Shown in pieces: positions 62,267-64,000 of a stretch of DNA of 64,000 bases. The stretch comes from Selaginella moellendorffii (Eukaryota > Plantae > Lycopodiophyta), in NCBI RefSeq assembly GCF_000143415.4, contig NW_003314321.1:568236-632235 (forward strand), read 5' to 3'. The notes under the pieces were generated by a model, which worked only from the letters and a program-made list of their open reading frames with translations, ran no database searches and was not told the DNA's origin. Position numbers and translations under genes: made by a program. Positions within the stretch are counted from its first letter, which is position 1; every line of letters starts with the position of its first letter.

Positions 62267-63410
62267 TGTAAGCCACAAATTTTTCCTTTCCAATTTGCCA
62301 GCTTACCTCGTCTATCCGTCTGACACTGCCTTGGCTTTTGCTAAGTTCCCTCGCCAAGGTTCTCACCTATGGTACCAACTCCTACTTGGTCCTACTTAGT
62401 TTCAGCTACTCACTGCACGAGCAACAGAGCGTTAGCCATCCATCCACGGATTCCCAATCTCTCCTAATCCCCCTCCCCGGTTTAGACTGGACTTAAGGTT
62501 CGGCTACACTCCCCACAAGCACAAGCAGCTAAGCACACCAAGCTTCCAGGTTCCTAACATCCCTTGGTACCACAAGACTTGATCATGGGACCCTCTAAAT
62601 CCCAAGTCTTGAGTGCAACACTTACTTCGGGATGCCGGGGCGAAACACCGTGGCCTAGCGGCTTGGTATGGGTACCTCTACCCCCCCACTTCCATCCTGA
62701 AGGAAGGCCCAAGCCCCTAGGAAGGGCGAGGACCAATGAGCCGCATGGTACTCAAGTGGGGCACCACTCCACATGAGCCGGGAGCACCGCAATCGGTTTC
62801 CCTTTCGGGAGTGGGAGTTGCTCTTGAGCAGTTCCTTGGATGGCCCCTCCGGCACCACCCAAGTCCATACTCACTCCCACCCAAGGCCCCTCGGTCTTAG
62901 TCTCAACCTCAAGTCGGTTTGAAAGCCCCACTGGAGAGTCCCTTCAAAACTAGTTCCTGGACCTCACTATCCCTACTATACTTTTGGAACCCCCTGCAGC
63001 CCCCCCCCCCGGGAGACGCACGCTTTGGGCTTTCACCCCTTGACCCATATTAGTATTTGGACTTAGTCTCTGGCTCGATCTCGGACTCGATTTCGGATCC
63101 GACTTCGGATTCGGTCTCGGACTCGATCTCGGACCCGATCTCGGACCCAACCTCGGACTCGACCTCGGACTCGGTCTCGGACCCGATTTCGGATCTCAGA
63201 CTCCGTCTCGAACTCCGTTTCGAACTCGGTCTCGAACTCGGTCCCCGAGTCAGCCTTGGACTCAATTTCGGACTCTATCTCGAACTTGGTCTCCGAGTCG
63301 GTCTTGGACTCGATCTTCGACTTGGTCCAATTCGACGAACTCTTTGTCATTTTGGTCATGCTTTCGGGGTTTCTTTAGCCTACGACACCTCGGCGAGTTG
63401 GTTCCTTATA
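62267..63410 (-). mobile_element. Solo LTR (1144 bp) of a related family, inserted antisense into the second element
   Basis: Absent from copy 1; 5-bp TSD GCAGG (62262-62266, 63411-63415); termini TGTAAG..CTTATA. Confidence 0.85.
63065..63330. repeat. Degenerate 12-bp (6+6) tandem repeat inside the solo LTR
   Basis: ctcggactcgat-like units. Confidence 0.9.
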
Positions 63411-64000
63411 GCAGGCAGGGGCGTATCACACTTTTGTAAGCTGGGTGACTCTTAGAGCAGCAAGGGTGGCTACCTCTGTTAACCATTTCCTTGTCGACGA
63501 CGGCTGGAAAGTGTCTGAGCTGGTAGCGCATCCATGTTAGACAAAGAGGTTGCCTCCTAACTCATTAAGTTGGTGCATTTCTCACATAGTGTAAATACCG
63601 CAAACTTTTTCTGGAGTTGTTTCCTTGGCGGTATTCTAGACTCGAGTGTGCATCAACAAGGACGTCGATCTTCCCTAGGGGGTGAGAGTGTCGCAAATGT
63701 GACTTCGGGTATCAAAAGTTACCTGTCGGCTAGTCCTTTCGGATATTCTTTCTTTACTGCCACGATGGCAGGAGGTCGGTATTGCTGGACCCGTTATCAG
63801 TTCCCACTTGAGCTAGTTGAGAAACTGGTCAATGAACATGCACTTAAATTGGATAAACATAAGGTAGGAACCCTATGTGTTTCTTGCTGAGCATACTCTG
63901 CCTGGTTTGAGAAACTTGTGTCATTGGCTTGCACTTAGTAGTATCAAGAACCCCCGCGATATTGAGATTAGTCCCTCAATATTGCTAAATGATAGCTTAC

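Larger units (their letters stand above)
56514..64000 (+). mobile_element. Second, more diverged copy of the non-coding LTR element; 5' LTR truncated (56514-57560), 3' LTR from 63689 runs off the window
   Basis: Colinear with 9560-15900; PBS TGGTATCAAAG at 57563; PPT-like tract before 63689. Confidence 0.92.

Noticed and set aside
63065-63330. CRISPR-like array, or the repetitive ORFs over it
   Set aside because: Contiguous 6/12-bp tandem units with no unique spacers; eukaryotic LTR minisatellite

Overview
Eukaryotic plant nuclear DNA, most consistent with the lycophyte Selaginella moellendorffii (inference from ~50-75 nt introns, very short intergenic spacers, many PLS-class PPR genes and telo-box promoters). 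Apparently intact genes: a PLS-DYW PPR editing factor (1700-4362), a class II PTEN-domain formin (25842-30084), and a dense five-gene block at 37.0-46.0 kb (P-type PPR, PLS-E PPR, CNGC channel, a fungal-type 2OG-Fe(II) oxygenase-like protein lacking key metal/2OG ligands, and a SAM methyltransferase). Transposons: an old Ty3/gypsy element (4494-17247) carrying a nested hAT-type MITE and a young non-coding LTR element (9478-16738); a second copy of the latter at 56.5-64 kb contains a solo LTR of a related family. The most unusual signal is a set of Crinkler/CR-effector-like genes (PD-(D/E)xK nuclease, nuclease-like+pseudokinase twice, NTPase+nuclease). Each lies next to scrambled, intron-retaining, deletion- and micro-inversion-riddled copies of neighbouring host genes (PPR, AUG6, formin). 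Family assignments are by motif recognition only; no searches were run.
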